From Chara braunii (taxonomy: Eukaryota > Plantae > Charophyceae): a stretch of DNA of 64,000 bases. The notes under the pieces were generated by a model, which was not told where the DNA came from, did not search any database, and saw only the letters and a program-made list of their open reading frames with translations. The number at the start of each line of letters is the position of its first letter. Positions within the stretch are counted from its first letter, which is position 1. The stretch spans positions 833,528-897,527 of the forward strand of contig BFEA01000031.1 in the NCBI GenBank assembly GCA_003427395.1, written 5' to 3'. Positions 48,244 through 60,863 of this stretch are shown here, piece by piece. A program made the position numbers and the translations under genes.

Positions 48244-51200
48244 NNNNNNNNNNNNNNNNNNNNNNNNNNNNNNNNNNNNNNNNNNNNNNNNNNNNNNNNN
48301 NNNNNNNNNNNNNNNNNNNNNNNNNNNNNNNNNNNNNNNNNNNNNNNNNNNNNNNNNNNNNNNNNNNNNNNNNNNNNNNNNNNNNNNNNNNNNNNNNNNN
48401 NNNNNNNNNNNNNNNNNNNNNNNNNNNNNNNNNNNNNNNNNNNNNNNNNNNNNNNNNNNNNNNNNNNNNNNNNNNNNNNNNNNNNNNNNNNNNNNNNNNN
48501 NNNNNNNNNNNNNNNNNNNNNNNNNNNNNNNNNNNNNNNNNNNNNNNNNNNNNNNNNNNNNNNNNNNNNNNNNNNNNNNNNNNNNNNNNNNNNNNNNNNN
48601 NNNNNNNNNNNNNNNNNNNNNNNNNNNNNNNNNNNNNNNNNNNNNNNNNNNNNNNNNNNNNNNNNNNNNNNNNNNNNNNNNNNNNNNNNNNNNNNNNNNN
48701 NNNNNNNNNNNNNNNNNNNNNNNNNNNNNNNNNNNNNNNNNNNNNNNNNNNNNNNNNNNNNNNNNNNNNNNNNNNNNNNNNNNNNNNNNNNNNNNNNNNN
48801 NNNNNNNNNNNNNNNNNNNNNNNNNNNNNNNNNNNNNNNNNNNNNNNNNNNTCAGATTTTTAAAAAATCAGCGGACGACTGTTTTCTGACTGGTCAGCTG
48901 CAAAACGGTTGGCGGTCGGGATCAGCAGTCGGCGGGGGTGCAACCCTGCCTCCATATGTGAATAAGAGCAGTCCAGTAAGGAGTAGGGGCTGTGAATCGT
49001 TCAGTGAGGAGTTTGCTGGCACTCTCCTGCGGCCGGTCTTCGCGGTCCACTCTTTGTTCATTACCCATAATAGGCCTGCCATGTTGGTTGGACTACTGAT
49101 AGGAGCTATGGCTCTGATGCTGTCCAGTGCTAGTTTGTGCCATGCCAGTATGGGTTGGGTTAACAGCTTAATGATCCACTTGATTTGGAGAGCTTTAGTT
49201 TCCTGCTTTGGGTCGATGACTCCTAGACCCCCCTTAGATGGCCTTCTTGTTATATAATGCCACGCTATCTTGGGTATGTATTTAGTTCTATTAGGGTCGC
49301 CTGACCAGAGGTATGCCTTGGCTCTGCGGTTCAACTCCTTGGTCGTGTGACCAGGTATGGTCCAGATGGAGGCAATATACCACATCACAGAGAACATAGA
49401 TGTGTTGATTGCCATGGCCCTTCCTAACAGAGAGGTAAACGTGTGCCCCCATCGTCCCGTTCTGTTGATTTTATTTGTTAGTAGGTTTTGTGCCATATGA
49501 GGGGTGGGGCCGTCCTTGGTTACAAGAATTCCCAGGTATCCCGTCGGCTCTTCTGGTTTTTCCCATGTCATGACTGCTTTGGGACCTTCCAACCTGGGAG
49601 TCTGGTCCGCTGCGAGCCACCAACCTGCTGTTTTCTTCCAATTAATTTTCATTTCAGAGGCTAGCCTGAAAGCTTCCATTGCCCTGACAAGCGCTTTCAC
49701 TGAGGAGTCCGACGCTCTTATAAGGATCATGAGATCATCAACGAACAATATGACTGTCGAGAATTGGATGTGGTGCGGGGTACCAACATTGAGCTTTGTC
49801 AATCTTTGTATCCAGGGGTCTTTGCGTAAGAAGGAAGCAATAGCTTCCATTACAAATAGGAAGATTGGTGGAGCTAGGGGCTCCTCCTGTTGCACTGATC
49901 TTGAGATCGAGTAGGATTCAAACAACAGACAGTTGACCTGAACACACCCTGATGCATCGTTATAGAGAATTTTAACCCATTTTCCATGCTCGCATTGAGG
50001 AAAGCCCAATTGACTTGATCATAGGCTTTCTCGAAATCAAAGAACAAGATTGTTGTATTTAATATTTTTTCTCTGACTTTTCTGGCTGCCTTGTTTAAAG
50101 TTAGAACCATTATCTAGAATATATCGTCCTGCAATAAAGCCAGCCTGGTCTACGTGGAAGCATTTGTCAGTGAGGTTTAAGATCCAGTTGGCCAAGGCTT
50201 TAGCCAATATCTTGTAGGGGAGAGTGAGTAGGGAGATGGGTCTGTAATTCCGGATGTCTTTTCGATCTCCCTTCTTGTATAGTAATGTGACGACACTGCT
50301 GCTCAATACCTCTCCCAGACCTCCCTTTTCCCAACTGTCTTGATAGAAATATAGAAGATCGCTCCCCGGCCAGAACTTCTCCCATAATTCCTTAGTCAGG
50401 CCGTCAATGCCTGGGGTCTTATCATTGTTTATATTGTGGACCACAACTTGCAATTCCTCTAAGGTTACTGGTCTAACGAGTACCTCTGCCTGATCCTGGG
50501 AGATCGTTCTATCTAGGAATTGGAGCATTTTCGATCTTGCTTCCCTTACAAGAGTGGGAGTGGGAGAGGAGGTTTTGGTCTAATACAGTTCTTGGTAGAA
50601 TTCCTTGACTATTTTCAACATTCCTTCACTGTCCGTTCTCGTGGGCTTGTCACCAACCATCTCTTTAAGAGCTTTTATAGACCTTGATCTATTGTTGGCC
50701 TTTATTCTTCCAAAGAAGAATTTTGTCATTGATTCATGCAGTTCATATTCATTCATCCTTGCTCTGAGTTGTAGTCCTTTCAGTTCCCATTGTCTCCATA
50801 GTGCAAGCTCCTCCCGAGTTTTTTCGAAGGCTAAGGAGTAGATCGGCGAGGACGAGTTGTTTATCAAGTTCGTCTTGACGATTTTGAGTGTTCTTTCAAG
50901 GATTTCAAGGATTGTTTGGTTCGCTTCAGATCATTTGCTAGTTCCTAGAGATACGGGCTGCCGACTGCGACAAAGATAGGTAGTTTTCTTGGAACCATTC
51001 CCATCTATCCTGACCTTCTAGACAGATACCTTATTCCAACATTCATGAATATTGTTTTGAAAAGTCTGGCTTAGGAGAATGGAGTTGTTAAGCTTGTGGA
51101 AACTGACTCCTCTGGTTATATATTGATCAAAGCTGAATATCGGCTCTATTGGCTTGTGGTCCAATCCAGAGTATGATGCGAGAGCCAAGATATCTGCATC

Positions 51201-51769
51201 TTTGACAGTTCCCATTAAGGCTTCAAAAACAAGAAGTAATCAATCTGGGAGAAAGTCGTGTGATATGTGTGGTTGTTCTTGACCAGGGAGAAAACTTTTC
51301 TGCCCAGGTACAGTGTACGGAATGAGTCCACTAGGTTATGGTCCATCATAAGGTTGTGGATCGGAGTTGCTTCTTGTGAAGCTTGTGTGGATGTTGCAAA
51401 GGAGATATCATCGTTATTCGGGTCCAGGGTAGCATTCCAGTCTCCTCCTATGATGCAAGCCGAGAGTTGTCTTACTAATCGTCCCACTGTGAGTGTGAAC
51501 TCTGCTTTTTCCAATGGGTTGTTCGTGCGTAGACATTAATGATTCTTAGTAATTTCTTACCTCTTCCTCTTCCTATTTCAAGTCAAGCACCATTTGTCTG
51601 TCTCGCTGTCCATTTCTCCCCCTTGTACTGCCCCGGCTGAGTAGACACGAGGAAATTTTGGTACGGGAATCGCAGTGCCTTCCGTCCTAAATGTGTTGTC
51701 CACACCTCGTCCCTAACTCCGCCTAATTTTCTTGTGAAGTATTTTTTTATTTTTAGGTGGTCTTCTGAG

Positions 51770-54700
51770 GTTTTTTTTTTTTTTTTTTTTCTTAAACAGG
51801 TCCTTGTGGCTCTGGCTCCATTTCCATTCTAAGGAGCATCAGTCTGGTTCCTATTCCACCAGCAAGTCAAAATAAAATATTACATCATGAACACACATAC
51901 GCTTCCTTCCATCTGGATGAAGGACCCCTGACCAGCATTGAGTACTCCAGCATCGTGGAGGATTGACTATCAGTTTACCCTGCTTCTCCCTTTCCTCTCA
52001 GGACCACCATAATGGCCTGCCAGATAGAACGTGAATGTCAAGAAAGGACCTGGACGCTACAAAGGTTGTCGATTTTGTCCAACCTTTGATCCCCGCCCAT
52101 ATGCTACGTGAGATCCCTACCAATCTGATCCCTGTTTGCCTTGAATGTCTAAACCCTAAACCCTAACCCACACCTATAGTTTTGAAGAGACTCCCAATTC
52201 ATAAACCCTAAACCCTAGCTAATCTTGTGTGTCTTTTCCTAACTATGAAGGCTCTACTTCAAGACCACCGTTGTTGCTCTCCTACTCATGCTTTTAAATA
52301 GCCACACTTAAGCCCCAAACCCCATCTCACTTCTTTGAACCATTGAACCCTAAACCCCTATTTTTTAATCTCTATCCTCCTGCTCCCTATTTATCTTGTT
52401 TCTGTACCTACCCTGGCCCTAAACCCTAGACCGCCTTAATCTATTTTTCCATCTATTCGCTGTGAAGATTCTGCTGTTGCCTGCCATAAGTGCTTCTCGG
52501 ATATTCATCTAGGCCCAGATTGGAAAAGGATCTTCGTGTACCTGAGTGTTCATCCGACCGAAAGACTTGACTGAGTTGTGCTACTCTTTCCATCTTAAAG
52601 TGTGCCCATTTAGCCAGGCCACTTTGTCATCAACCAACCATACCCATCTGAATTTGGCAAGAGTCACCTGTTCTGTCTCTGGACTGTTCTGCACCCGGAG
52701 TTTCACCTTCCTCCATTGACATAAAATTTCCGCTTCAATCATCTCTTTGGTTGCCGCCCACACTTTCTCCCGTGGGTTTTTCGTGCCCTCCAGAGTTCTG
52801 CTGCACCTCTCCTTCCAAATGACCCAAAGCGAAACCTTTCGCACCATCCCGAACCAGATTTTCTTTGATTTGTCGAGGTTAGAGGGTAAGTTAGTCCATA
52901 GGAGTAGTTGGCGGGGGTGCTCTGGGAGGGGAGAAAGGAACAAACTATCCCAAAGAGCTGCTACTCTTGCCCAATACTGTGGCTTCTTTGCAGTTAATTA
53001 GGCAATGTAACATGTCTTCCTGTTGTTGATCAGAGAAGACTAAACAGACATCAGAGCTGGTTGGGTCGTTCTTTCTTCTGATGACATCTAACCACTGGTT
53101 AACCGGTCGAGCCACATAGGTTATGAGCCATTGCATGCTTCTGATTTTTATAGGTCTTATCGTTTTGTACTTCTTCCGTGGGATTTTTGCCATCTGGTCT
53201 GCCTCATAACCAATTAATTTGCTCCATCTTCCTTTGATTATTGGGTTTCGGTCCTTTGTTTTTAACAACATCTTATAACCCAGGTTAACTGTATAATCAT
53301 ATATTGGAATTGGTGGTTTGGCCGTTCTATTTCTTTCTGGGCGCCATGCCCATTCTGATGGGCCAAACTCAAGGTCTTGAATTGTCGTGTTTATTTGGAA
53401 GATCTTTTTAGGCCAGAGGCCTAGCGTCCTTATTTTCTGCAACGTAAACGCATTCAACACTGCTTTTTCAGGATTGATGTTCTGAATGTATTGTACATCT
53501 GTCTTAATCTTCAAAATTGGGAAGGAGGTGAATACATCCCTTGGCCCGGGTGAGGACTGCCGATGGGAGAATTGGTAGGCTCTAACTAGGGAGGATTCTT
53601 GGACCAAGGCTCCCCACTCGCCTGATTTCCATGTGAACTCTTCTTTTAGAATATCTATCCAGCTACACGGGATGCTGTGTATTATCTTTTGGAGGTTTTC
53701 GTCCTTGTGATGGAAGCCTTTCAGGCGGGTGTTGAGGTCCGCCTCGTCCAACCAGCTTTTCTTATCCTCGTTCCATATGTCCCTTACTCGCCAAACACCC
53801 TGTTTGATCCAGGATAGCCATCTATTGCCTCTGCTGGACATAATCCATGGGTGGTCCCCCTCATCTCTAATCCATGGATTACCGAAGAGAGGTTGCCTGA
53901 GCACTTCTTCATTAAACGTTGGTTTGCCTAGCTTTTCTGGCATGATCTCTCTCCACATCCGTAGCTGAGCAGCCCAGTACGGGTGGGAGGATTATGTGGG
54001 GGTTAGTCTCCCCTGGCTTCTTTGACCCTTAGGGATCCAGTCTTTGTTCATTACCCAGAACAGTCCTGACGTATTTGGAGGGGACTCAATCTTGGCCAGA
54101 CTTCTAATACTGTCTTGTTCCAGGGCAAAGACTGTTTAGACAACAACTTGACTGCCCACTTGATTTGGAGGGCTTTCGTCTCTTGTTTGGGTTCTATAAT
54201 ACCCAGTCCTCCCAGGGACGGTTTCCTTGTGATAAAGTGCCATGCTATCTTAGGGATGTAATTCTCTCTGCTCGGGTCCCCTGCCCACAGGTAGGCTATG
54301 GCTTTCCTATTCAGGTCTTTGATTGTCTAATCTGGTATAGTTCAGATTGAGGCAATGTACCACATCATTGAGAATATGGAGGTGTTGATGGTAAGTGCTC
54401 TGCCCATTATTGATGTGAACGCTTGACTACATTTCCCCATTTTATTAATTTGGCTAGTTAGAAGGTTATGTGCCATCTGGGGTGTCGGGCCTTCTTTCGT
54501 TACTTGGATTCCTAGATATCTCGTTGGCAGCTTTGACCTTTCTCATGACATCTGGCTCTCCGGACTTTGGAGATGTGGCAACGTTTCATCTGAAAGCCAC
54601 CAACATATCGTCTTGCCCCAATTTATCTTCATTTATGAGGCTAGTCTGAAGGCTTCCATTGCCCTGACCAGGGCAGCTATTGACGAGTTGGAGGCTCTGA

Positions 54701-55943
54701 TTGAGATCGTTAAATCATCCGCGAACATGATTACTGTAGGAAAATGTATGTTGTGCAGAGACCCCACATTCATTTCTGGCAGCCTTTGGATAGAAGGGTC
54801 CTTACGGAGAAAGGAGGCTATGGCTTCCATTACAAAGAGGAAGATAGGCGGAGCTAATGGGTCGCCTTGTCTTACTGATTTGGAGATTGGGTAACCTTTG
54901 GAGAGGAGTTCGTTAATCTGAACACAGTCGGAGGCATTATTATACAACACACACACCCATTTCCTGAAGTTGGGACCTACTCCCATCCTTTCCATGCTCG
55001 CATCTAGGAAGTCCCAGTTTAACTGGTCGTAGGCCTTTTCGAAGTCGAAGAAAAGAATCATTGTCCTAATTTTCTTCTCTACAACTTTCCTAGAGGCTTC
55101 GTTGAGTGTCATTACGTTGTCTAGGATGTATGTTCCTGGTATGAATCCGGACTGGTCTATGTGAAAACACTTGTCTGTTAGGTCCAGTCTGCAGTAAGCC
55201 AGTGCCTTGGCCAGTATTTTGTAGGGGAGTGTGAGAAGAGAAATTGGTCTGTAGTTCTTAATGTCTTCTCGGTCGCCTTTTTTATAGAGTAGAGTGACCA
55301 CACTGGTACTAAGGAATTCGCCCATCCCTTCTTTTTCCCAACTGTCATTATAAAAGTTCAAGAGGTCCGGACCCATTAGAGGCCAGCATTTTTCCCATAA
55401 TTCCTTTGTTAAACCGTCTATGCCCGGGGTCTTGTTGTTGTTCATGTTTCGAATGGCAAAATCCAGCTCTTCCAGGGATAGCGGTTTATCCAAATTTTTG
55501 GCTTGATCATCCGATATTGTTTTGTCTAGGTATTGTAGCATTTTGGCCCTAGCAGTACGGATATTTGTAGGGGTATCAAAAGGGGTTTTAGAACTGTAGA
55601 GCTCGTCATAGAAGTCCTTGGCTACCTTGAGCATCCTTTCGCTGTCTGTACGGGTGATATGTTGACCCCTTAATTCCTTAAGCCCCTCTATTTAGCTAGA
55701 GCGGTTATTTGCCTTTATTCTAGCAAAAAAAATATTTTGACATCTGTTCGTTGAGCTCAAGATCCGTCGTTCTGGCTCTGATTTGGAGCCCTCTGAGTTC
55801 CCACAGGCGCCAAGTCCGAGGAAAATGGCCAATGATAGGAAAAGACGGAAGGTGATGCTCGAAACTGCCTTGAAAGTAGCAGAGAGTAATTTACTCACTA
55901 ATCCGTCTTCTCAAATGTACGCGGATGTATTACAAAAAACGAG
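51770..55943 (-). mobile_element. 5'-truncated, 5'-inverted L1-clade LINE C with poly(A) tail and 11-bp TSD
   Basis: TSD ggtcttctgag at 51759-51769 and 55944-55954; RT 54633-55634 (SVRQGDPL, MFADD); inverted segment ~55738-55943. Confidence 0.88.
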
Positions 55944-57307
55944 GGTCTTCTGAGTTTGTAAGATGATTTTTTTGCAGAAAAATAATATCGGCCGATTTTT
56001 TGAGTGGTCTTTCAGTCCCTGAATTATGTCGTTTAGTTTGTCTCCTTTGTTGGTAATATTCCCAAGACCATTGACGTTCCAACTGCAAATGATTAGGCCT
56101 TGTGTTTTCCAATCCACCTTCTGCCCCCTTGCATTGGCCTATCTTGTCAGCACTTCCATGATTCGTCTTGGATGGTAACCATGAAGGGGCTAATGTTTCC
56201 CGCTCTAGGTGGTGTCTAGGTCCCCGGGTTCCGTAAAATCTGTTGAGTCCCTTGGCGGATCAGACTGGGTTTTGGACAGGGAATCATCCAACACAGACTC
56301 TCTGATTCTGCCGCTGATTTATCTGGCCAGAGAATCCTCCAGCTTGGCTTCGGGGTCCGTCGCAGTCCTATCTTCCATCTCCTCCTCAGAGTATTCATCT
56401 CTGTAGTATCTTTCCAGGTCTATTGCATAGGCCGTGGAGTCTAAATCAGCGTCCCCAGTGAAAATTCCATCCCTGATGAGAACAGCCAGTGAGGCGACCT
56501 GCAGTTCCACGGGGATGCCATTCCCTGACAGCACGCTGCAGGGAATAGTTGTCACCGTGTTCCAAGGTTGCCATCTCATTCCTCCTTTCAACTTGGCACC
56601 CTCAGGCATTTTTGCAAATGAGGGGGGTGAAGGCTCTGGGATCAGGCTCAGTCTGGTCCGTCTCAGAGCCCGTGGGATCTGTCTGATCATACTCTTCCTC
56701 TTGCTGTGCTGAGCGAGAGTCGTCATTCTGCTGAGTCACCAGGGTCCCTGTTTCAAAGACACCAAGGGGGTACGCCATTGTGATTTTTCCTTGTAGGATG
56801 GTTGCGACGTTCTGCCCTTCATCGATCCTCGGGATCGCGAAGGACACATCTGTGGCAACCTGCCACTTTTTTGTCTTGTCCACATAGCGGGCAGCCAAGA
56901 GGGGGTGTGTCCCCATCAGTGTTAACTTTGCAGATTTGGCTGATTCCAGCACGTGGGGGGCCTTGCCTTCTGCTATGTGCTGAGGGAGGTGAACTCAAGC
57001 TCATAGACTACATTCAATTTCTTGATCTCGTCAGACTAGGCCTCTATTACCGCAATTTCCTGTTCAAGTTCAGGCCTGACTTTTTTATTTGCAGACTCAG
57101 TTTCTGATCCGTTTGTGCTAGTTCCTTTTTTCTTCTGGTTCATGGTGGTCTTCCATTTCTTTGGTTGTATCTCCTGAAGGATTACTTTAGCATGCGCCAT
57201 GGTTATGTCTTTATCGCTGAGGCCTTGTTCCTTAGGCTCGCTTCTTCTCTGCATATCTGAAAGCTGTGTACTCAAAGAACTCTTCTGCTTTTTCCAGCGC
57301 ATCGTAC

Positions 57308-58985
57308 TGGTCGGAGGAGGTCTGAAAGCCTGCAACTGAACCGGGGCTGGTCCCCGGATGGACCAGGGACCCCTACCCCATCCGTGGTCCTCCCGGTCGG
57401 AGGAGGTCTGAAAGCCTGCAACTGAACCAGGGCTGGTCCCCGGATGAACCAGGGCCGGTTCCCTCCCGGTTTCCTGAATTTTTTTTTTTGCCGGCGCATA
57501 TGTGTTCCCGAGGCCTCGTGGGGGTGGGCCCTGCCCCGCAATTTCGAAACCGGGTCCTGTAGGCCCGGATTTTTCAATTCCAAAAAGTGGCCAATCTTGG
57601 CTGCCGATCGTCAAAGATCGGCCAGGACCCCATTTCTTAAGAAAAACGGGCAGAGGATATCAGCCGCTGATCTTTGCAGATCAGCAGCGGAGAACCTATG
57701 TGTTCCCGAGGCCTCGTAGGGTTGGGCCCTGCCCCGCAATTTCGAAACCGGGTCCTGTAGGCCCGGATTTTTCAAGTCCAAAAAGTGGCCAATCTTGGCC
57801 GCTGATCGTCGCAGATCAGCGGCAAAGATCTGCCAGGACCCCATTTCTTAAGAAAAATGGGCAGAGGATATCCGTCGCTGATCTTTGCAGATCAGCAGCG
57901 GAGAACCGCCACACATTTTTCTTAAGATGTGGGTCGGGTAGGCCCCTTCTCCAATTTGTCATCTTGTGGTCCAACGGACCAGTTACCATTGGCAACATCT
58001 GATGCTCTTTCACCCGCAGCCACGAGGGGAACACTATGCTTGCGATGAGGCTCTGCTGAGATTATATCCTTCTGCAACGTCCCTGTCATCTGTGGAAAAA
58101 GTTATGGGTTCGGATTTTGGAATCGTGATGTCAGAGCCGTCCGAGGTGCAAGTCCAAGAATGGACCTAAGGTATATTCTTCTCTCTATCTATCTCGAATG
58201 GACCTTGCTCCACTACATGTATCTGGACAGACTGCCAGGCACGATACTTCCGTACTGCTAACTCACGTTATGTAGAAACCAACAAACAGAAAACGCTCTG
58301 CCTCCACGAGCTGAAAACTGGAACCATAACTCTTCTGCTGTCGAGTTATACTCTGGAAGAGCTATAACTTCTGGCAAGGACCTCCTCTCATCATATTTGG
58401 TTCAGCTCGTGGGGTATCAATATCAAATGACACACTCCACGAAGTGCTCCAGCCACGGGGGGTTTGGGTAAGTGAACTTGATTACTTGCCCCTCCCCGTG
58501 GAAGCCATAGTTGCCTGAATACGTCAATAATAACCCCCTGCCCTCCTCTGCAAGCCCCCTGAAAAATATTGCACCTTGAAAATTGTATTGCGGATCCGAC
58601 AGCTCTTGAAGAGCGCAGTCGGAATCTGCCGGAAAAAAAAAAGGAAAAAAAAAAGATATTTGGGCACTTTTTTTTCAAAACCGGTTTCCCGGTTCACCCC
58701 CCCGGGCTGGTCCGGCTCCGGTTGGACCGGGGTAGCTCAACCGGCCGGTTGCCGGCCCAGCACTGAACTGAACCCTTTTTTTGGGTTCTCTCCATGTGTT
58801 TCATGCAAACTGTGTGAATGTCGAAGAGGTGTTCCCTCTCTCTCTTGACATAGATTTTTTTCAGTTTTTTTTTTTTTTTTTTTCTTGCGCTGGGACTGCC
58901 CGGGACCTTAATCGGGACTTTGTCCAGACCTGGCCCGGCCGGGCTACCCGGGCCAATCTCAGGCAACCCGTGCCGCCCGGCTGGT
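57308..58985. mobile_element. Unclassified non-autonomous element with GC-rich subterminal tandem repeats
   Basis: ~87-bp duplication (ggtcggaggaggtctgaaagcctgcaactgaacc) and ~200-bp duplication with gctgatctttgcagatcagc hairpins; ccgg-rich right end; boundaries uncertain. Confidence 0.45.
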
Positions 58986-59537
58986 AAGTTGTAACACATC
59001 TCCCCACTTTTTTTTTTTTTTTTTCATGCTACAACAAATTTTTGAAGGGGGTGCAGGAGACCACTGATCCAAGCCTGCAACCACTCTTTTTTTTTCTGGT
59101 TGTCTGTTTCTCCTGTGTGCTGCACTGCCGTGTGCGGCACAGGTCCCACGTGCTCGTGTGCCGTATGTGCAAAATTGTCGGCATGTCGTGCGCTTGCATG
59201 TATGATATACACCATTCAATGACCCTCCCCGCCCTCCAAGTTCAACAACGTCACACAAGCACCCAAGAATCACAACAACCGAGTATGAAACTGCCTCGAA
59301 CAAACTCAGAACATGAATTCAGCAAGAATATAGAACCTTCTTCACCAAATTAACACCAGGCGAATCACCTTCCCTCCTAGCTGGATATGGCGTCCAGCCC
59401 TATACTACTGCGTCCAGTACAACCGGCCTGCAGACCACCAGCCTCGACAAAATCCACTCAACAGCACTAGCGCCAGCCCTGGTATGAAGGCAGAACCTCC
59501 AGCTTGAAGGACTGCTGCTGCAGAGAAAAAGTATTGG

Positions 59538-59805
59538 CAGCGCCTAACCCCACAGCACAGAGATGGCTGTCGCCAAGCTCAGCACGTGAAGCGCCTGTTT
59601 CACTGCTGCACCAAAACCCTAGCAGCGGAACCCGGCTGTTGTGCTGCTCCAGCAGCCTGGCGGTGTCAACAACCACCGCAGCGCCTAACCCCACAGCACA
59701 GATATGGCTGTCACCAAGCTCAGCAGGTGAACTGCCTGTTTCACTGCTGCACCAAAACCCTAACAGCAGCTTCCAGCTGTAGCGCTGCTCCAGCAGCCTG
59801 GTGGT
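59538..59805. repeat. Two-copy ~141-bp tandem repeat
   Basis: gcagcgcctaaccccacagcacag...tttcactgctgcaccaaaacccta twice. Confidence 0.85.
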
Positions 59806-59949
59806 GTGAACAACGACCGCTAACCAAAGAGAGCCTAACAGTTCGGTCCTGCTTTATTTATACTTCTAAGCTAACCTACCGGTCTGGACTGCCTAGGACC
59901 TAAGTAGTTACTGAACAACGTGCGTTCAGGGTATCAGGCCCCGCCGTGC

Positions 59950-60020
59950 ATGCACGGCTTCGAACCGGCACCCTCAGCCTCACGAACAAAGTTCTCGTAA
60001 CCACTACAAGTCTACAACCC
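59950..60020 (-). other. tRNA-like (A box/B box) sequence, possible SINE head
   Basis: Minus strand gtagtggtta...ggttcgaagcc at tRNA-like spacing; no clean cloverleaf. Confidence 0.3.
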
Positions 60021-60184
60021 TTGGAGGTGTTATAAAAACTGGATCCGTACCGGTCATGATATCCAGCCCACCTCCAGGACTGTAGCGTCCTTGAACTCAC
60101 ACCACACAAGACCAAGAGGAAGGGAAATACAAAAGGACCAAACAGAGGAATGACTTCAGATGCCACCCACATAGAGAAGCACAT

Positions 60185-60253
60185 GTCCTTCAGGACATCC
60201 GTTAAAATTGGAACGCTACAGAGAAGATTAGCATGGCCCCTGCTCAAGGATGA
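60185..60253 (+). pseudogene. U6: 3'-truncated U6 copy followed by an A-rich tract
   Basis: gtccttcaggacatccgttaaaattggaacgctacagagaagattagcatggcccctgctcaaggatga. Confidence 0.88.
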
Positions 60254-60513
60254 TGATACAGGAAGGGGAAAAAAAAATTAAAAAAATTCGGGTAAGTATG
60301 TTTCGGTCGCGAATCGCAATCGGTTTCGAATGTGGAAAACAAACACAGCCAGGTTGAAAAGGCGCTGCAAGCACGGCACGACTTTAGAGAAAAGGCGTGT
60401 CAGGTTTTCTGCAGGTGGGGGGCAGTGGTGTGCAGACTGCCGTTTCGTTTCTTTTCTTGTGCCCCTTTTTTGCGCTGCGGCCGTTTTCAAACTGCCATTT
60501 CATGTTTGTTTGT

Positions 60514-60548
<35 letters not shown>

Positions 60549-60626
60549 TCAAAACCTGTCGCGGCCGCACTTGTTTCCCAAAAAAAAAAAGAACAAAACA
60601 AAACCCAGGATAACAGTTAATCTCAC

Positions 60627-60863
60627 CTTCCGAATAAGATCAATAGCCAGATGCCTTTTGATATCTCGCCGCAGATCCCACGGCAATTTCTCGAGCAACA
60701 GCTCCTCATTCACGCCCCTTGTGGCCGCCCACTTGAATGCCTCATACCGCCGGACGCGCTCACGAAGGTCCTTCGGCAGTCGACGATGCCACATCCAGTA
60801 CTCTGTGTCTCTTCTGCTTGTCCTCATCTCCTCCACCCTGGTTGTCAGAGATGTCCAATATGT
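60627..60863 (-). CDS. CNGC: CNGC C-linker exon (237 bp, phase 0)
   Basis: TYWTSLTTRVEEMR..RRDTEYWMWHRRLPKDLRERVRRYE..KW.ATRGVNEE...LPWDLRRDIKRHL; cttgcag acceptor and AAG|gtgaga donor; joins in frame to VPLFEKMD. Confidence 0.95.

Larger units (their letters stand above)
40570..48948 (+). mobile_element. hAT DNA transposon inserted in LINE B
   Basis: TIR cagagttgcac / gtgcaaccctg; 8-bp TSD tgtccata / cctccata; gtcggc/ccgac subterminal repeats. Confidence 0.88.
38660..57295 (-). mobile_element. Degenerate L1-clade LINE B, split by the hAT element and by LINE C
   Basis: zf-RVT/C-terminus 38940-40560; RT 48957-50870 (DFEKAYD, LFVDD); APE 51000-51760 continuing at 55944-56117 (SWNVNG); ORF1 C-terminus 56319-57290; reading frame continuous across both insertions; outer ends approximate. 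Confidence 0.85.
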
